From NCBI GenBank assembly GCA_964035545.1, contig OZ037766.1:25408339-25472338 (forward strand): 64,000 nt of DNA, written 5' to 3'. This document shows positions 41,290-55,000 of this stretch, piece by piece; the stretch's first letter is position 1; each line of letters begins with the position of its first letter. The translations under genes were made by a program, and so were the position numbers. The notes beneath the pieces are model-generated. The model was not told the origin of the DNA and did not search any database. It worked only from the letters and a program-made list of their open reading frames with translations. This DNA is from Bugula neritina. Taxonomy: Eukaryota > Animalia > Bryozoa.

Positions 41290-41590
41290 TTGAGAGCACG
41301 AGTCTGTGCGAATACTAGCCGAGTCATTTTCACATGCCATTTCGCCTTCATAATAATTAGCCTTGTAATAGCGTCTAAATTAGTAGACGAGAATCATAGT
41401 GTAGTAGAAATTGGTGCGCTAGTGAACAATTACAATCTAAACAGCACGGACGGTTTAAGATTAGACGAGATCGCCGTTAAAACCGGATCACAATATTTGT
41501 TTACATTGGCTACGGAGACTTGTTACTCTCATTCGTGTGCGGTTATTGCGGGTAATACATAAAACGCGCAGAAAATGATCTCGACAGAGA
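41290..41590 (-). promoter_or_regulatory. Putative NWD promoter/first exon with adjacent forkhead, CCAAT and RFX-like motifs
   Basis: CpG-enriched patch upstream of the 5' NWD exons; TGTTTAC 41498-41504, ATTGG 41505-41509, TTGGCTACGGAGAC 41506-41519. Confidence 0.45.
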
Positions 41591-42797
41591 GGCATAACTC
41601 TATGTCAAACATGCATAATAAATAATATTTTTGGTTCAATCTACCAGATGCCTAAAAGGTATTAATTATTTTATTTAGATCAACACATTACCTAAAGTAA
41701 ACTGCTTCACAACTCACAGCAAAGGTAAATTGGAGTTTACCTAAGGCTAAACACCCTACCTTCCCAACCAGTGAAAATAAAATATGCTCTAAAAAGTTCT
41801 TCTAGCATTTGCTGTGATAGCTGCTATTTGATAACAATTCTCACTACTTTGTTTCAATAAATTTATATACGGTATGTATTTTTCTATTCAATTCTATTAT
41901 TTTGCTGTGCTTCATATTATATAGGAAAATTAATAATTTCAAGATATCACCCACCAGTTATAATCTTGCACTAAGGACATATTTAAGAAGTTGCATTCAC
42001 CACCTACCTTTTCCATCTCTCTCGGTACTTATAACAAATGCTGTGTGATATAGTGTAGATGACTTTATATTCTTATAATAGCAATAATCAATTGATCAAG
42101 AATTTCCTCAGTAGTCACCAAGAATATTGGGACGATAACTCTGCAATTACATAGGCAACAATACAGGAAATTTGCCTTCTTTTGTTGCATGTAATTTGCT
42201 ATCATACCCTGGCCAATTTGAAAATTTAAGTGATTGTTGTGACTGTGGTTTTTAACTAGAAGTTATCTTCTGTAATATGGTGAGTACTAAATGAGCCTAC
42301 TATACAGTGATTAATTCACTCTCTGAATTAGTGAATGGAGAAAAAATGTTAACACCACAGGTTATTCCTACATGCTGCTTGAGCAATCCATGTGGTAGAA
42401 GAGTATCCACTGAGCTCTATACACTAAGTCTATACCAATGGTGACATGCAAGTAGAAACATGAACCTGAGCTATTAAAGTTGAAGTAGTACATATTTATT
42501 CATACAACAGACAAAATAAAGTATGACGGCACCAGAGCTCAATGCATGACTAAAGCTTGGCACACATCATATGACAGAGGGAGTATGTATTTACCCATGT
42601 AACTAGATAATAATTCTCATGTGTAGACATACTGCAGATATGAATAAAGAGGGAAGGCAATATGAATAGCCCGCCGCTTACCATACATAAGTCATAAACT
42701 AAGGCTAAATGTAGCCTGGGATATTCTATGCAATGTGATAATGGTTCATGCTAGCAGCTGAATAGGTGTGACTTGTCATCAAAAGCTAGAATATAGT

Positions 42798-45700
42798 TTA
42801 ACTTTTCTTATATTCATCAATTTTAGCACACAGTTCATCTGCGTCTGCTTCGGTTTTCACTCTGACTAGCAGCATGGTGGGTGCAGTGGAATCCTTAGCT
42901 TTAATCTCCATTGGAGGATTGGCTATACACAGGAGACTTACATTGTTTTTCCCCATTCTTTTCACTGGTATAGATGGAGCTAAGGCAATATTCAGCAAAA
43001 TGTTTCCTACAAAATAAGAGCTTAAGGTCAATCAATAGGCCGCAAAAATATCGAGACAAACCTTAACAAGAGATATTCGTTAAATGACACGCAACGACTT
43101 AGAACAAAATAACCAACAAACACAAAGCATCACTTGAACGTCTTACTCTTATTGGTAAGTGTGAATTTCACTTGCTTTTCGCTGTTCTCAACTTGCACAT
43201 CTGAATTACCAAAGTTAAACTGTCACCAACATGTGCATTATATTATTAGATAAATGATACATAAATATAACTTGACTGGCAAGACCAAACAGAGATTACA
43301 TAAAATAGCATTGTAGTCAAATAGTGAAACCAGCAGTAAATAAAAGGAGTTACTCTAATATTTATTTGGCAGATGAGTTGAAAAAATATCAGCTGCAATA
43401 CAGTGCTAGCAGCATTATACTATGTAATATTGCACTAGCGATGCTACACTATACACTGCACCAATAGCACTATTATACTATGCACTATAATACTAGCAGT
43501 GTTATACTGCGTATTATACTAATGGCAATACTATACTATGTATTATAATACTATACATATTACAACAACGTACCCAGATTAGTATCGGCTCTAATCAATA
43601 CGCTGTATTTTCCTCCATCTATTGGTTTGATGAAAAGATTACCAACTCCTTTATCTACGTACTTTCCTTCCTTCTCATAGAAGAGTTTCACCCTGTAACA
43701 CAATTCAGTCATTACGAAAGATAGTGGAGGCCAACAAATACTTAGTTACAGCAGAATCGTGGTAAAAGCTTGGCCAGTACTTATTGTATGGTGAAACAAG
43801 TTTGTGGCAGAGCGTGAGCAGTACTTATTAATATATAGTGAGCTGAAAGAGATTGTAAAGTGAGATTTGATTGGCCAAGCATTCGCCAACATGGAAGACA
43901 CATTCTCACCTCTTCGTATACACCGAGTCCTCTTCTGTGATTTTATTTTCTACTTCTGGTTTAGGTGGGACATATTCCTCTTCCTCCGTACTGCCGGATG
44001 CCGCGCCTCCATTGGTTGATGCTTGAGCTATAGCTACATTATGTCAAGGAAAACTTGTAGATTTCAGAGAAATAAAACCCAAAAGTGAAACTTTAAATTT
44101 ACTCTTGACATTTCATACGGAAAAAAGGTTTTAGCATATGCATATATATTACAATCTGAGAAACAATAAACTGCTAATATAACCTCCAATAAATATACAG
44201 CCTAAGAAAACTCAAAAAATAAGTTTCCGCATAAAAAGTTTTCATTCTGCAAGTGGAAGTGGTACTGAATTACTAAACTTTTTTTCAATAATAATTCCAG
44301 TAAATACTATATACACACATGTCACGAGTGTAAAAATTAGGTTGAAATCAATTTTTTTAGCAACTTCATATTTGTCGCGTAACCATAAACTACCTACACT
44401 ACATTGCTGTTATAAAAAGACCGTAGTGTAAGCTAACATTGACAAAGGCTAAGAAAAGGTCATTTTCATGAGAAAAGCTTAACAGAGAAAATGCTAAGTA
44501 ATAAAACTGCAAGTCAAGTTCATGTTGTTACTGAACTTGTTTAGTTTTCTGATACAGTGAGAGTAAAGTACCTGATTTGAAAGAAAAACCAAGGCCAGAA
44601 GTTGATGCAGTGGAGCTGGTTGCAGGCTGACCTGTAAAGTATACAGAAAGTGTTTGTGTGTTATATAGCATACAGGGTGTAGAGTTCAGAATAATTTCTA
44701 TCATAACTTTCACACAAACCACAGCTATACAATGTACCAATGTTCATTATAATGTGGTTAGTTAACGAAGTTACATGCTTTATTGTGCTATGGTTGACAA
44801 ACAGCTAGTCAGTTAGTATAGTAGGTTTTATTGGTTATATACTATTGTTATGCTGCAGATACACTGACGCTAGGCTGTAGCTACAGTGTAGGAATAGTGT
44901 GGTTATACTGTAGCTACAGTGTAAGAATAGTGTGGTTATACTGTAGCTACAGTGTAGGAATAGTGTGGTTATACTGTAGCTACAGTGTAGGAATAGTGTG
45001 GTAATGCTGTAGCTACAGTGTAGTTATAGTATGGTTATACTGTAGCTACTGTGTAGTAATAGTGTGGTTATGCTGTAGCTGCAGTGTAGTAATAGTGTGG
45101 TAATGCTGTAGCTACAAGGTGTCAATACATACTTGGTTTAAAAGAGAACCCAAGGCTTGGTGCAGGCTTGTCAGAGCTGGAGTCTGCTGCGGGCTTTGCA
45201 CCTGCAAGTACAGAGTTGAAAATGACACGAAATGGGAAGATAGTTGAGATGAATGTAAATCAAACTGGCAAATGGAACACAGAAATGTTAGTAAAACATA
45301 CACAACATAACATGCCAAATATGCAATACGAAGATATGACAGGATCATGTAGCTGTGAACTAACCAAAAGAGAAAGGGGCGGGTTGCTGTGTCCCGAAAG
45401 AAAAACTGGGTGTTGTAGAGGAACTCAGACCTGTAAGTACGCAGGGGTTAGTTAGTTACTATGCATTAAATAGAAACAATTCCTTTCATCTGAAGTTATG
45501 TTACAAGTTGATGGAACAGATGAGCATGCAATACCAAGTATGACTGGACAGGTACTGACACATGATATCAGGTGCTTGCAAGGTGACTATTGTGAACAGT
45601 TTATTATATACTCAGTCAATATCAACAGAAACTAATTTTATTTTGTTTCAACTACTGTGGAAATTGCAAAGGCACATACTTATTTCAACATGTGCACAGT

Positions 45701-48700
45701 TTGCCTAACATATTTCTACAAACCGAATACAGCTCCAAGTCCACCTGTACTGCTACTTGTACTGCCAGATGATGTAGCAGGTTTGGTCCCAAAAGAAAAT
45801 CTGAAACATATAAGATACACTTTACTAGACAAATATAGCTAAGAACACTTTACGACAACTGCAATGCACATATGTGGGCTAGTTGATTTATTTCTTACAT
45901 TCACACAAGTTTGTTATAATAAATAGCTTTTCTACATAAAATGTTCTACATACATGTGTAGTAAAAGTGAAAAATTAATAGGAAAAGTGAAACTAAAGGT
46001 ATAAACTGAGGTGGAATAGAACAAGTATAACAAACTTTCAGGTGATTTAGAATAGTACAAGGAGAAAACCCACATAGTATCTACAACCAAGTTTGGTCTT
46101 CAATACAATAGGTTTGGTAATAGAAGAGAAACGCCCAACATACTAACAGGGATGAGGGGGCAGTTGAAGCGGGTGCTGCCGATGACGATAAAGTTGTTGC
46201 TGCTGCTGTTGATGTTACGGCTGTCGATTCAGAAACTACAGTTGTGTCTGTGCTAGGCTTAGACTCATCTACCTTCTTAGATGAGCCAAAAGAGAATGTG
46301 AAAGGAGGTTTGGGTGCAGCAGCCGACCTAGAACGAGTGTGTACATTATAAAAAGAAATCTAACACCAACATCCTCAGTTTGGTAGTAGAGGAGGGGACA
46401 ATAAATTGCTGAAGCAAGTTGTCTACTGCTCATACCAGTGAAACCTACTGCACATGATACACTACTGTCAGTTAACATTAATATTTCCACACAAGCATGG
46501 ATTTACCAAAATTAACAGCTGGCTTTTATACTATATTGGTGTTGTAAATAGGAATTGTCTCTTTTTTATACACTAGGTTGTTATTTATTTACCAAATTTA
46601 TATAGAAAATCAATGACAGCTCAAACAAAGGTAATAAAACAAGAGGAAGGGATGCATTTCTATTTCCAACAGTGAAATTAGCTTGAAACCGGCAATATCT
46701 TGAAACTCACGATTTCAACCCAAAACTTGGTGTCTCAGATGATTTGTTTTCAGTTGCAGCAGCGAAAGAAGAAGACACTTTCTGAGTGGATCCAAATGAG
46801 AATGTGGGAATCGGGCTAGTCACAGTGGTAGATAGAAACGATTTAGTTGCAGGGGTTCCAAATATTGCAGGTTTATTTACATTGGTTGTCTACAAAATAT
46901 AAAATTATCATTACAACAATTGGTCATGCATAGAAAATTGAAGAGGTGTATTGTGAAAGAGTAGAGAAATTATTCAGAAAAAGTTAATTCTTAAAATACT
47001 AAAGTAGAATTGAAATGCACAAACAAGTATAAAATTCAGTGTTAGGAGAAGTGCTAAACCACATGTATATGAAACAAGATGATATCATCTGTCGATATGT
47101 TCAACAAAGACATTCTCAGGCCAATGTAGAATGCAAGCAAGGATCCTACCAGGGGTTGGCTGGTTGTTATTGCTGTCACACTTGATGTCACTGTAAAGGA
47201 CATGGTGGGCAAAGCAGAGGTAGCCGTCACATTAGACACAGCTGAGCCGAACACACTAGTATCTTTGCTCGTATCTTTGGCAGCAGTTGAAGAAGCTGCA
47301 GCAGACACGTCTGCGTTTTTGGAAGACTCCGGCTTTTCAGTATTTCCTGCTGACTCAACTGTCTTGTTTGTTCCTTCTCCGTTGATGACGTCAACATAGT
47401 TGTGTTTGAGCTTAAGACCAGCCAGGTGCGTCTCATAGTCTTTAAACACAGGAGTGAAGTAACAGAATGGGTTTTTCTCCAGGTGAGATTGCAGCCACTT
47501 GACGACTCCCTGATTTAGAGCCTATGGTGAATATATAGGAGCAATGTTAACAGCTGAAGCAGAAATGATTGCAAAAACTTTTACAAATGACTACTATGTA
47601 ACAGTCAGTGATCTGAGATTTCTAGTAAAGGGAAAAAACTCTTGAGTATTGGTGGGTAAATTCTGGGTTAATAATAGGCGTTGGTTTTAGTTTGTGATCA
47701 AAAATAATTCGAAAGCATTACTTTTGTTAATAATAATTGTTTGATCTAAACAATCATGAAAATGTTACCTGGAGAGGGAAATAGTTTGTACTGAATGCCA
47801 AAAATAATTTCAATTATCTGCATAGATTTGGTATAAAGGTATTGCCACAAAAAGTGAATTCACAAGTGTAAATATGTGAGAAAAAATCTCTTTGCAGAAA
47901 GATTTGGTAAAGAAAACACAAAAATGGCTCCATATTTCACTAACATTTTGTGCAGAAACGCAGGCAGCATTTAATCTAATAAATCATTGCAACACATTTG
48001 CTAGGGCTTAAGCATGTTTTGATATCAGGAAGGATGAACTGGCATTCTAACCCCTACTTTGAAAACACTGAAACAATGCTGTGAGCATTGGTGAGAGGCA
48101 CAACCGGAATTTGCGGACTCCTTACTATCAGAGGTTTTCTCATGTGGACGGAGACTAACAAATGTGAGCTTATATAAGATAACACCAAGTAATGAGGTGA
48201 AGACACTAACATATCCTTTCAAGTCCATTTGAAATTTTCAAAACAAGACATTTTAAATACTCCTTGTCACAGCGAAAAGTATCTGTTTGAAACAATTCCC
48301 AAAACTTAAATGTTCTAATAACTAAAATCACGGTCACATTATCTGAGCAGCTAAAATAGACATTTCAAGTGAGTTCAGCTGGGTTTGAGTAAAGAACACT
48401 AACTTTTAAAGATGACAAAAACTTTGTTGAATCACCGGATTCTTTGACATCATCAGAAACGGCAGCAGGTTCCCCACTGTTGTCCACTTTCTGAAAGTAT
48501 AAATTTACAGCAACGGCCATCAGCAAAGCAGCTCTCAATTTAAGGCACATGACAGAAATTTTAGGGAAAACCATTAAAGTTATAGTAAATATGTCTAAAA
48601 ACTTACAAAATTGTGTAGAACTATTAGTAGTAAACATCATTTAACAACACCTACAACTACTACTGCAACTGCTGCTGCAGCTGCTGCTACTACTGCAACT

Positions 48701-49921
48701 ACTACTACTAACAGCAGCTGACCAGTTCAGATTGTAAACACATGTTAGAACCTACCATAAAATAATATCTGATAATCACAGCAAACATTGAACAGTTTGA
48801 TGCCAATGCTAATGCAGTAGTTACGACTGCTACCTGTGGTAATGTTACTTGCCTACAAGTTGTTTATCTAAAGCATGTCAAGCTGAATTATCTGTTTAGC
48901 ACCAGTGAACACATGTAACGTAATAACTGAGAAATAGACTTAATAATTTATATAATACCGTTGGTGAGGAGGATTTCGATGCATTATTAGTGGTAAAACT
49001 GAAAGAGGGAAATAATACGGGTTGAGAAACTGTCGAGGCTGTCGTAGTTTTCTCATTGAATGTGAAGGAGGACTTGCTTACGGAGGGCTTGCCAAAACCT
49101 GGGAGGAGAAAAAAAACTTGATAGCAGCAAAACTGGTAACAAAGCTAGGAGAGTGTGCAGGACTAACAGCACAAACTTTACACTTTAAATATAAACTTTA
49201 TTATCCATTGAGATCCTAAATAATAATTGGGCATATACGCAGGTCACAAATATACATTATGCAGATGCATTCAATTTTATGCGACTTTGTTGAATATTGC
49301 GTGAAGTGAATGACATAATAGAGTGTTTTATTGGGTGCAGAGTTCTGAAAATACATGTAGCAAACAGCAAATTAAGATAAGCAATATTTAACTGAAGGGA
49401 GCTATATGGAAGTATAAAATACTCTACATTAATCTACCTTTGAAACCGGTAAACAGAGACGACTGGGCAGGTTGATCACTGGAGGTAACCACTCCTCTCC
49501 TTTTAGCTTTTTTAAACACCCTGCTTTTTAATGTATTCTCATCTGCCTACAGACAATGCAACTATTGGATAATATTTATGATAAAAACAATGTCACAAAA
49601 TACCAATTAGGTACAAATGATTTGCATGACATTGGTAGCAAAGGCAGGTGTCACATATGTTATTGCATTGCGGATAACTTTACAGGGCAATGATAGCAGA
49701 TATCTTAAACATGTCAATATCTAGCAAAAGTCGATATTTCAAAACATAATAAATCAGACTTGAATAGACCTGTATAGCTAAGTTATATTGAAAAGACTAC
49801 TTGGATCTTATCTTAGCTGCACTCAGTTTACCTGTTTAAACACACCAACTTCTTCTTCAGGCTCGTCATCATCCCAGTTATCTTGGTTCAAATTATCTGC
49901 TGCCTGTCTCTTATTAGACAT
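42798..49921 (-). CDS. NUP50: Nuclear pore basket protein Nup50
   Basis: N-terminal importin-alpha-binding MSNKRQAADNLNQDNWDDDEPEEEVGVFKQ-ADENTLKSRVFKKAKRR (49921-49832, 49546-49438); conserved ALNQGVVKWLQSHLEKNPFCYFTPVFKDYETHL (47521-); FSFG-repeat exons; C-terminal RanBD1 (VKLFYEKEGKYVDKGVGNLFIK...LIRADTNL-GNILLNI...LLVRVKTEADADEL). Confidence 0.95.
44875..45116. repeat. 33-bp minisatellite (~7 copies) in NUP50 intron
   Basis: Unit ctgtagctacagtgtaggaatagtgtggttata containing the palindrome ctgtagctacag. Confidence 0.9.
48650..48720. repeat. Compound (CTA/CTG)n trinucleotide tract in NUP50 intron
   Basis: ctacaactactactgcaactgctgctgcagctgctgctactactgcaactactactact. Confidence 0.8.
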
Positions 49922-51282
49922 CTACAAGTACAACAACATGGGTACTGCAACGTAACAGCTTTCATGCATTTACTTTTATTATAGATTAAAAGGCAGACAT
50001 GGTGGACATATGTTAGATAACAAACACTAATAATTGACGATAAACTGTATTGATACAACTAGGTTTAAACAAATAATTATTTTTATTAATATATGATAAT
50101 CATTATTATTTCACTTAAAACTCAATTAAAATCTACCTATATTTAGTACATTATTATTACTATAAAAACTAGCATGAGTATCAAAGTAGTAGTCCAAAGA
50201 ACAACTGTAAAAGTAAAAGGCCTAAAACTAAAAGCTAAGAGTAAGTGCAACATTAACTTTAACAATTAACAGTAACGCTAACTAGTGTTTGGTGAAAGTA
50301 GCGAAAGTGTAATTCAGTATCAGTGTGAGTAAGAGTAACTGTAAGCCGTAAGGCTTAGGTTCAATTGCAGTTTTCAGTCTTACACTCACAGTTGGTGTTA
50401 CACTCATAGGTAACACAAACTACTACTAGCATCTATCAGTAATACTAATAGTATTACTAAGTAAATTTAATTACCATATAATTTATGATTATTGAGTATC
50501 ACATTGACATTATAATACTTATACTATCAATATAACTGTAAGTGTACAACTATGAGTATGGCTTATGAAGTTACGGGTTATGACTAACAGTATCACTGTG
50601 AGTCTGAGTGTGACTATCACTATGAGACTGAGTAAGACCAAGTCACATTAAGTGCAACAACTAACAGTAAATTGTGTTAGTATTACTATTAGTATAGCAG
50701 TAACTCAAACTGCAACACTAACAGTAATCTAGTTATAGTTAATAGTAAGATTATTAGTAATGCTAACGTAATAGTAATACTAATACTAATAGTGAGTTTA
50801 ACACTATGAGTGTGACTGTAACAGTCATTTTCATATTGATGTTGTTAATTATTGTAATATTCAATTTCACATTGACTTTGCAACTTGAGTATTGACTGAG
50901 TGATTGTTATGCTTATTAGTAGCACTATTAGTTATTGTACAACTGAACAAGTGACTTTCACTTGTTCAGTTGTAATTGACCAATTCTAATGGTAATACTA
51001 ATAGTAATACTAGTACTAGTAGAGATACTGATAGTAAGACTATCAGTAAGTGTAACAGTATGAGTCAATATGACTAACACGAACTGTACGACCAACTTTA
51101 ACTCTCGTACAGCCAACTCCTACACATAATCACTACTGACTACAAGATAGTCTTACTAGACTTACACTTACTCTTAGTCTTACAGTTACGTTAGACTTAG
51201 TGTTACTCCAGGTTCAAGTCCAAGTTTAACTCTACGAGTAACTGTAAGACCAAAAGTAAAACTAAAAGTTAGAGTGTAACTT

Positions 51283-51737
51283 AAACTGTAACACTAACTC
51301 AAACTGCAAGACTAAAACTAAAAGATTCAATTGAGTTGCTACTGCGATGACATGTTCATGTTGATAATCATAATGACCTTTACTTGTCACACTAAAATTT
51401 AGTTGCACTGTAGGTTTGAGTTTGTAAATAGTAACAAAAAATCCGAAGGTAGAATCAGAATGAAGAAAAATGGTAAAAATAGTAAAAATAAAAGTAAAAG
51501 TAAAACTGAAAGTCAAAGTTAGAGTGTAACTCAAACTGAAACTGAAACTGTAAAACTAACTCAAACTGCAAGACTAAAAGTAAAAGTAAAAAGATTCAAT
51601 TGAGTTGCTACTGCAATGACGTGTTGATAATCATAATGACCTTTACTTGTCACACTAAAATTCAGTTGCACTGTAGGTTTGAGTTTGTAAATAGTAACAA
51701 AAAAATCCGAAGGTAGAATCAGAATGAAGAAAAATGT
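51283..51737. repeat. ~190-bp direct duplication at NUP50 5' end
   Basis: 51283-51471 and 51544-51737 are near-identical (aaactgcaagactaaaa...gacctttacttgtcacac...cagaatgaagaaaaatg). Confidence 0.9.
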
Positions 51738-51739
51738 GC

Positions 51740-52021
51740 GCTAAAGGTCGGACGTGCACATTTTTTCTAATTTCGAAGTGCATAATATAGTACTTTTGCA
51801 AACCCGTCACCAATTTGCCAAAAAACACAAGAATTGTAGCCAATAAAACAATAGCTCTTATAAAGTCGCAAAATCATTTGTAAAAACCCTCGCATAATGT
51901 TTTTGCGAGTGGTTGTTAAGTCGGCACATTAATATTTTGCGTTTCAAAAGTCTAAGCCTTAGGTCTATCTAAATTCTGATCGATTTATTAATTACAGGCG
52001 CAAATAATTATTTTGAAACAA
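51740..52021. promoter_or_regulatory. Putative bidirectional promoter of NUP50 and the SCI1-like gene
   Basis: Short CpG-enriched patch between two divergent genes. The NUP50 ATG sits directly after an acceptor AG, so an upstream non-coding exon is required. Confidence 0.6.
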
Positions 52022-55000
52022 ATGTCAGAATCCCGTTCTAATATAAATAATAATATGTCCCGGCGCTTAGTTCAAAACGTTCTCTACGACTACAGTCAAG
52101 TAAAAAAGAAAATACGGAATAAAAAGAGGACAAATAAATAGCCACAAATTAAGCTTTATATTACAATTAATTGTTATAAATGATATAGGCAATAATAAAA
52201 ATAATATCAATAACCAATAATACTCATACTGTAAATGATTTACTAAATTTAATAACAATGCTGATAGTGATACTGATACTCTGATAGTAATACTAATACT
52301 AATACTAATAGTAATACTAATAGTAATATTATAATTATTAGTTATACACTAAGAGTAAGTCTAACACTTATATTTATTTCTTATACTTAAACTTAAAGTT
52401 TAAGTTAATCTTATACTTATAGTTATAACCTATAACTATAAGTATAAGACTAAGTTATAAGTTTAAGTTATAAATAATTATACTTATAGTTACACTAGAT
52501 CATTATGACTATAACTATAAGTATAAAGTATAAACCTAAATAAAGTATAAGTAGCCGTAGTGCTAAGCCTATGCTATAGCCTATAGGCATAGCCATAGGC
52601 TATAACTTATAAGTACAACTTAAGCTATAAGTATACTGTAGGAGTGTCTAACTATAGCTATAATAATAAGTATAACTATAAGTATAACACTCACAGTAAG
52701 TGTAACACTAACAACATTTTGTTCGTAATCATAGTCATAGTGATAATGGTGCAACACTCATAACTTCCTAAAATTGCTTGAGTTCTCTGGTTTAAACTTA
52801 CACACTTTTTGAATATACTTTCATTTTGACAGAAACATTACACTTAGTTTTTTGTTATACTCAATAACTTTCTAGTATTGCGAAGATGTGGGTCATGGTC
52901 ATGCTTCTCTGTTCTGTGCTGACAGGGTGACAAACACTTCAACTGCTGCTGTATTGTTACACTTACACATATTGATATTAAGTTATATGTATAATTATAA
53001 TAAGTTGTTTGCTAGTAGATATTGTTGTGATTAAAGTTTGTTTATCATCTGTGACTACAGTAGTAACTGCCGATAGTCACAAATTATAGATAAGTCTGTT
53101 ACATTTGAATTTGGGAATTACATCATTTGTAAACTCGTCAAGTAACTGTCTATTGCAGGCTTTGGAACAGCTTGCGAGTTGGTGTATTGTACTTGCTGTT
53201 TGACATTGCTACTTTAGCTCCTACTTTAATCTATAAGGGGCGTAACAACCCTGGGTTGGTGGGTTTTCAGACATATTAAGTATTAAGGGCTGCAGCCTGA
53301 ACCCCAAAGCCATCTACCCCAGCCTCAAAAGTCTTGGCAACCAAAATTAATCTAGATCTTTTATCTAACATACATGTAAAAATTTTGGCCTTCATCAATC
53401 ACTTTGCAAAAAAAATTGTCTGCGGAGTAGCCCCAGCTCCTGTCCTTATCTATAAGGGAACTTGGGCATGTGAGTGAGGGTATCTGCAGTCTAAGATCCT
53501 TGGTTAAACTTTCACTAATACATCTTAACACCTTCTTGATTTATCCTCCCACAATCTCTTCTAACGCATACACTCTCTTGCTCAATCTATATTCTCTTTT
53601 CATGTGCACACTTTTATGTCATATGCACACTTCTTTATTGCCCAATTACTCTCATTACAATTATCACGCCGGCTACACCTGCACTAAACTTTGTATTACT
53701 GTAGCTAAATAAATTTGAATTATAGTTGTGCTCTCTCTCTGCATAGTAAAGGAATAACTGATTATATTAATCAATTCAAAACTATAATATAACATATCTA
53801 CTACTAAACAAATTATTATTTAATAATCATTTTTATAAACAAGATATCTAATAGATGTATCATCAGTACGTGGTATCATTTTAATGTTGTACCTTGTCCA
53901 AATATATTTTATATATATTTGATGAAATTGTCATTCATGCTTCAGGCTGTCAGGCTCACTGAAATTTACTAAAATTTTAGGAAATGTTGAAGTTTAAAAG
54001 AACTTCTAACAGGTAAGTACATGCATTAAGTTATAATATCTTGTACAGATTCTAAAGTGTATTTTGTTAGCATAAGATTCCTTATTTCTACAAAATATTT
54101 TCAGATCATGAGTAGTGCACTTTTTCTATTAGCAAATCTGCCATTACTTCTACTAAAACTGTTTTTATTTTCACTAACTGTTTAAGGAAAAATGATCATA
54201 ATTATTTCAGCGATGAGACCTCTCCTTTATCTCCTGTAAACTCCCCCAGGAGACCTAAATTGCTGACTAGACTAGATTCTGCAGATAAACACAAGAGACC
54301 ATCAATGTCTCTGGAAAATCTTGCCGAATCCTCCTCAAACTCCTCTAGTGATGGATTTGGTTTGTCATTTATTTTAGTGACTAGACTTTTTGTTGTTGAA
54401 ATATAAGTTGTAATAAAATACTGTTTTTGCTTTTGTAGTTGATAGTATTTATTAATTTGTATATTACCTTGAGCTTCGTTAACCTGAAATACCAAACTGC
54501 TTAACTGCTTTTTATTCAATGTGAAATGTATGTGTCACTTGAGATTAAAATAAACCCGTTTTAATATTTTTTTATTTCCTTCCTTTATAAATGAATGATT
54601 ATGGTATAACATGAAGTTTAATGTTAACTCAAGGCAGATCAACCGACTAGAACATTTTTGTTCCATAAAGGTCTTAAACTGTTCAGTTTAACCACTTTAG
54701 TTTTAACCCATTACGAGTAAAATTATAACATTTTACTAGTGGCTGCTGCAAAGCTATCTTGTTTCAGCTTGCCATATGTCGAGGAACTTGTTTTTTTTAA
54801 CAATGTACTTAAGTTGCAAAAGTTTAGTCTTGCAATCACTATATACTAACTGGTTTGGCATGTGTGTTGTACTGACAGCTAAAAGTGCTCTGTTTATTCT
54901 TTAGAAACACCTGACAAAAAGCTGCGAGATGTGACAAAACGAAAGTTAAATCAAGAGAAAAAGAAAAAACTCAAGCAGATGGCCAAAAAGGAACATGGTT

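Noticed and set aside
53229-53458. Possible insertion bounded by the 11-bp direct repeat atctataaggg
   Set aside because: No convincing TIRs, tail or second copy in the window; cannot be classified.
53984-54012. MLKFKRTSN resembling MLKFRNS in the 6269-6437 exon
   Set aside because: Only four identical residues with no further similarity; treated as chance.
47202-54519. Antisense ORFs 47202-47399, 49022-49219 and 54202-54519
   Set aside because: Shadows of real NUP50 and SCI1-like exons on the opposite strand.
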